Source: a virus (Duplodnaviria; Caudoviricetes). From it: a DNA stretch of 27,451 nt. The notes under the pieces are model-generated. The model saw only the letters and a list, made by a program, of their open reading frames with translations. It had not been told where the DNA came from and ran no database searches. The stretch spans positions 1 through 27,451 of the IMG/VR virus record IMGVR_UViG_3300012952_000100; one strand, written 5' to 3'. This document shows, piece after piece, positions 25,689-27,451 of the stretch (positions within the stretch are counted from its first letter, which is position 1; every line of letters begins with the position of its first letter). Position numbers and translations under genes: made by a program.

Positions 25689-26153
25689 ATGCATTGTTAT
25701 TCCAGTACAATACGAGATGATAAAACAACAGATTCTCATGAAGTTGATATTTATTTTTATCTAACTAGAGAAGTTGATTGTAAAGATATAAAACGTAGAG
25801 ATACATATCTAGAAAAATTAAAAAGATTGCAATCGGAGGACTTTAACCGAGTAAAAGTTCCTCCTTTTTATTATGAATATGAAGATAATATTGTAACTTG
25901 TGTAAGTAGATATGTTAAGGGATTATATGCATTGATAAATTTAGAACACAGGAAAATAATTTATGAAGATGTTGTTCGACATAAATCTGATTGGACTTTT
26001 AGTGATTTTGGAGTCTCAAATTTTATCGTAGAGGAAGATACGAATATTATTTTTAGTGTTGATTTACAATCTTATAAGTATCATCCAAATTTAGATAAAA
26101 GAATAACTGCTTGGAATACCCAATCTAGTGATATACCCATTCTTCATTTGTAA
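25689..26153 (+). CDS. Hypothetical protein with minimal kinase-like (APH/Kdo-type) motifs
   Basis: Starts 3 nt after the fibre stop; RYVKG, FSDFGVSNFIV and FSVDLQS resemble the hinge, DxxxxN catalytic loop and Mg-binding Asp. Confidence 0.5.
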   Translation: MHCYSSTIRDDKTTDSHEVDIYFYLTREVDCKDIKRRDTYLEKLKRLQSEDFNRVKVPPFYYEYEDNIVTCVSRYVKGLYALINLEHRKIIYEDVVRHKSDWTFSDFGVSNFIVEEDTNIIFSVDLQSYKYHPNLDKRITAWNTQSSDIPILHL

Positions 26154-26715
26154 GTAAAAATGTTGTAATAACATATTTATTTTCATTTTTAGGAGAACAT
26201 CCTCTATGTGGATAAGTCCAAGTAGCAGGGAATAATAAGAGATGACCTCTTTTAGGTTTAACTTTAACTCCATTTTCAAATTCAGTTTCTCCACCTTCTT
26301 TAACATCATTAAGATACCATATAGCTGCAAGAGTTCTTACCCATCCTTCCTTACATTGACTATCAACATGCCAATGAAAATAATCACCAGGTTCATATCT
26401 TTTTACAGTATATCCACTATCATGTGATTTATGACCCCAAAGTGGAATACTAGCCATTTTAGATAATTTTTCAGTATATTTAGATATATTTTTACCTAGA
26501 CTTTCATATAGAATTTCATCTACTCTTGGCCAATTACTTTCATCTTTAAAATCTGATATATAAAGATCTGTTGTTTTTTTAAGATCAGTATCTTCTCCTA
26601 ATGTTGTTATGCCTGGAACTTTTCTTGCATCTTGTTCAAATAACGTTATTATATTATCACAAAAATCATCATCAAGAGTTTTAGATAGATACATTAAATC
26701 ACTAAGTTTTTTCAT
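26125..26715 (-). CDS. 2OG-Fe(II) oxygenase (prolyl-4-hydroxylase-like)
   Basis: RYEPGDYFHWHVD (HxD), WYLNDVKEGGETEF, LLFPATWTYPHRG and distal KY motif. Confidence 0.93.
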   Translation of the reverse strand: MKKLSDLMYLSKTLDDDFCDNIITLFEQDARKVPGITTLGEDTDLKKTTDLYISDFKDESNWPRVDEILYESLGKNISKYTEKLSKMASIPLWGHKSHDSGYTVKRYEPGDYFHWHVDSQCKEGWVRTLAAIWYLNDVKEGGETEFENGVKVKPKRGHLLLFPATWTYPHRGCSPKNENKYVITTFLLTNEEWVYH

Positions 26716-26739
26716 TTATATCTTTCTATTTTTTTATAT

Positions 26740-26767
26740 ATTATATCATAAATAATCAAAAAAACAA
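26740..26767 (-). promoter_or_regulatory. Possible sigma70 extended -10 promoter for the oxygenase
   Basis: Minus strand TG-A-TATAAT at 26748-26740, with TTGTTT 16 nt upstream of the -10 hexamer. Confidence 0.45.
26747..26754 (+). promoter_or_regulatory. Late promoter
   Basis: CATAAATA 12 nt upstream of the ATG at 26767. Confidence 0.6.
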
Positions 26768-27072
26768 TGGCTATTACTACAAGTTGGAATATTACTAGTT
26801 TAGATGCAAGCACCTCTGATGGATTTGTGTATGTTGCTAGATGGAAAGTAACTGCATCTGATTCCTCTGTTGGTATTAATACCGTTGTAGGAAAAAGTTC
26901 TTTTTCAGTAAGACCAGATCCATTAGTAAGTTATAATTCTTTAACTGAGAATATAGTATTAGGATGGGTAAAGACTGGTATTGGCAGCACTGCAGTTTTA
27001 GATTATGAAAAACAAGTAGGTGTTGGTTTAACAATCGCTTACCATCATGGATCTGATCTTCCTTGGATTTGA
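26767..27072 (+). CDS. Small marine-phage protein usually found beside tail fibres (function unknown, possibly a fibre chaperone)
   Basis: W.I..L....DG.V....W and Y..LTE..VLGWVK...G...LPW pattern; late promoter upstream. Confidence 0.65.
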   Translation: MAITTSWNITSLDASTSDGFVYVARWKVTASDSSVGINTVVGKSSFSVRPDPLVSYNSLTENIVLGWVKTGIGSTAVLDYEKQVGVGLTIAYHHGSDLPWI

Positions 27073-27097
27073 CATATAATGCTTATTCTGCTATACT
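27069..27097 (+). promoter_or_regulatory. Near-consensus sigma70 (early) promoter
   Basis: TTGACA (27069-27074), 17 nt spacer, TATACT (27092-27097), preceded by an extended TG. Confidence 0.82.
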
Positions 27098-27122
27098 ACT
27101 AAAATAATATGGGTGTATCCTA

Positions 27123-27314
27123 ATGGATGATGATACAGTAGCAAGTGTGATTATTGATTTATGTTCTCGTAGTTTTTTGTTATTAAGTGATGGTGGAGAA
27201 GAAAGACTTGTAGAATGTGAAGACCCAGATCAGTTCATGTGAGTATTAAAAGTATGTACTGATAAGTTGCCTGAAGATCAAATTAAGTACCAAGATTTAT
27301 CTCTTCAAAAATAA
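27123..27314 (+). pseudogene. Small acidic cyanophage ORF (63 codons) interrupted by an in-frame TGA at 27240-27242
   Basis: MDDDTVASVIIDLCSRSFLLLSDGGEERLVECEDPDQFM*VLKVCTDKLPEDQIKYQDLSLQK*; the frame continues 23 codons past the TGA and fills the gap to the next promoter. Confidence 0.6.
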
Positions 27315-27329
27315 CTCACTTTTTAGAGG

Positions 27330-27337
27330 ACTAAATA
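27330..27337 (+). promoter_or_regulatory. Late promoter
   Basis: ACTAAATA 33 nt upstream of the ATG at 27371. Confidence 0.6.
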
Positions 27338-27370
27338 GAAACATAGAAATATTTTGGCCGATATAAGAAG

Positions 27371-27451
27371 ATGCCTCTTAATAGATTAGAGAATTTTATC
27401 AAGAACATTGAAGGAAGGATACTTTATGTTAATCCGAATGATCTTGACTCA
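27371..27451 (+). CDS. 5' end of a large cyanophage virion structural protein (truncated by the window edge)
   Basis: MPLNRLENFIKNIEGRILYVNPNDLDS resembles the N-terminus I recall for large cyanomyophage structural proteins. Confidence 0.7.
   Translation, partial: MPLNRLENFIKNIEGRILYVNPNDLDS

Noticed and set aside
2099-26427. Short alternative-frame or antisense ORFs in the track (for example 2099..2296, 5461..5694, 6464..6739, 13480..13716, 16518..16841, 19536..19847, 22811..23023, 26091..26330)
   Set aside because: All lie wholly or largely within longer, well-supported genes, have shadow-frame composition and show no recognisable motifs.
27070-27242. Genome-wide TGA recoding
   Set aside because: Only one internal TGA was seen; all long genes are open in the standard code, and TGA at 27070-27072 looks like a normal stop after the LPW motif.
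1-27451. tRNA, rRNA or structured ncRNA genes
   Set aside because: Intergenic gaps are all under about 60 nt and AT-rich; no cloverleaf or other RNA-gene signature was recognised by eye.

Overview
AT-rich segment of a T4-like marine cyanomyophage genome (Kyanoviridae-type, probably Prochlorococcus/Synechococcus host; inferred from gene content and order, no search run). It begins in the 3' end of gp32 (ssDNA-binding protein) and runs through the baseplate/tail module: gp53, gp48, gp2 and gp4 on the minus strand, then a gp54/gp19-fold gene, gp26, gp51, two paralogous tape-measure-like genes, a gp27-like hub and a gp5-like spike encoded in three pieces. Four large repeat-rich fibre/structural genes follow, then a small accessory patch (mini kinase-like ORF, 2OG-Fe(II) oxygenase, small fibre-associated ORF, a sigma70-driven ORF interrupted by an in-frame TGA) and the start of another large structural gene. 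T4 late-promoter boxes (NNTAAATA) precede most units. The best leads are: (1) a candidate programmed -1 frameshift (GGAGG-N10-TTTTTTC) fusing gp26 to gp51 just upstream of the tape-measure-like genes, as in lambda G/GT; (2) a VCBS/Ig-like adhesin insertion inside gp53; (3) a genetically split gp5 with no visible lysozyme domain; (4) a 37-bp perfect in-phase repeat shared by two adjacent fibre genes, which also appear to split one motif between them.
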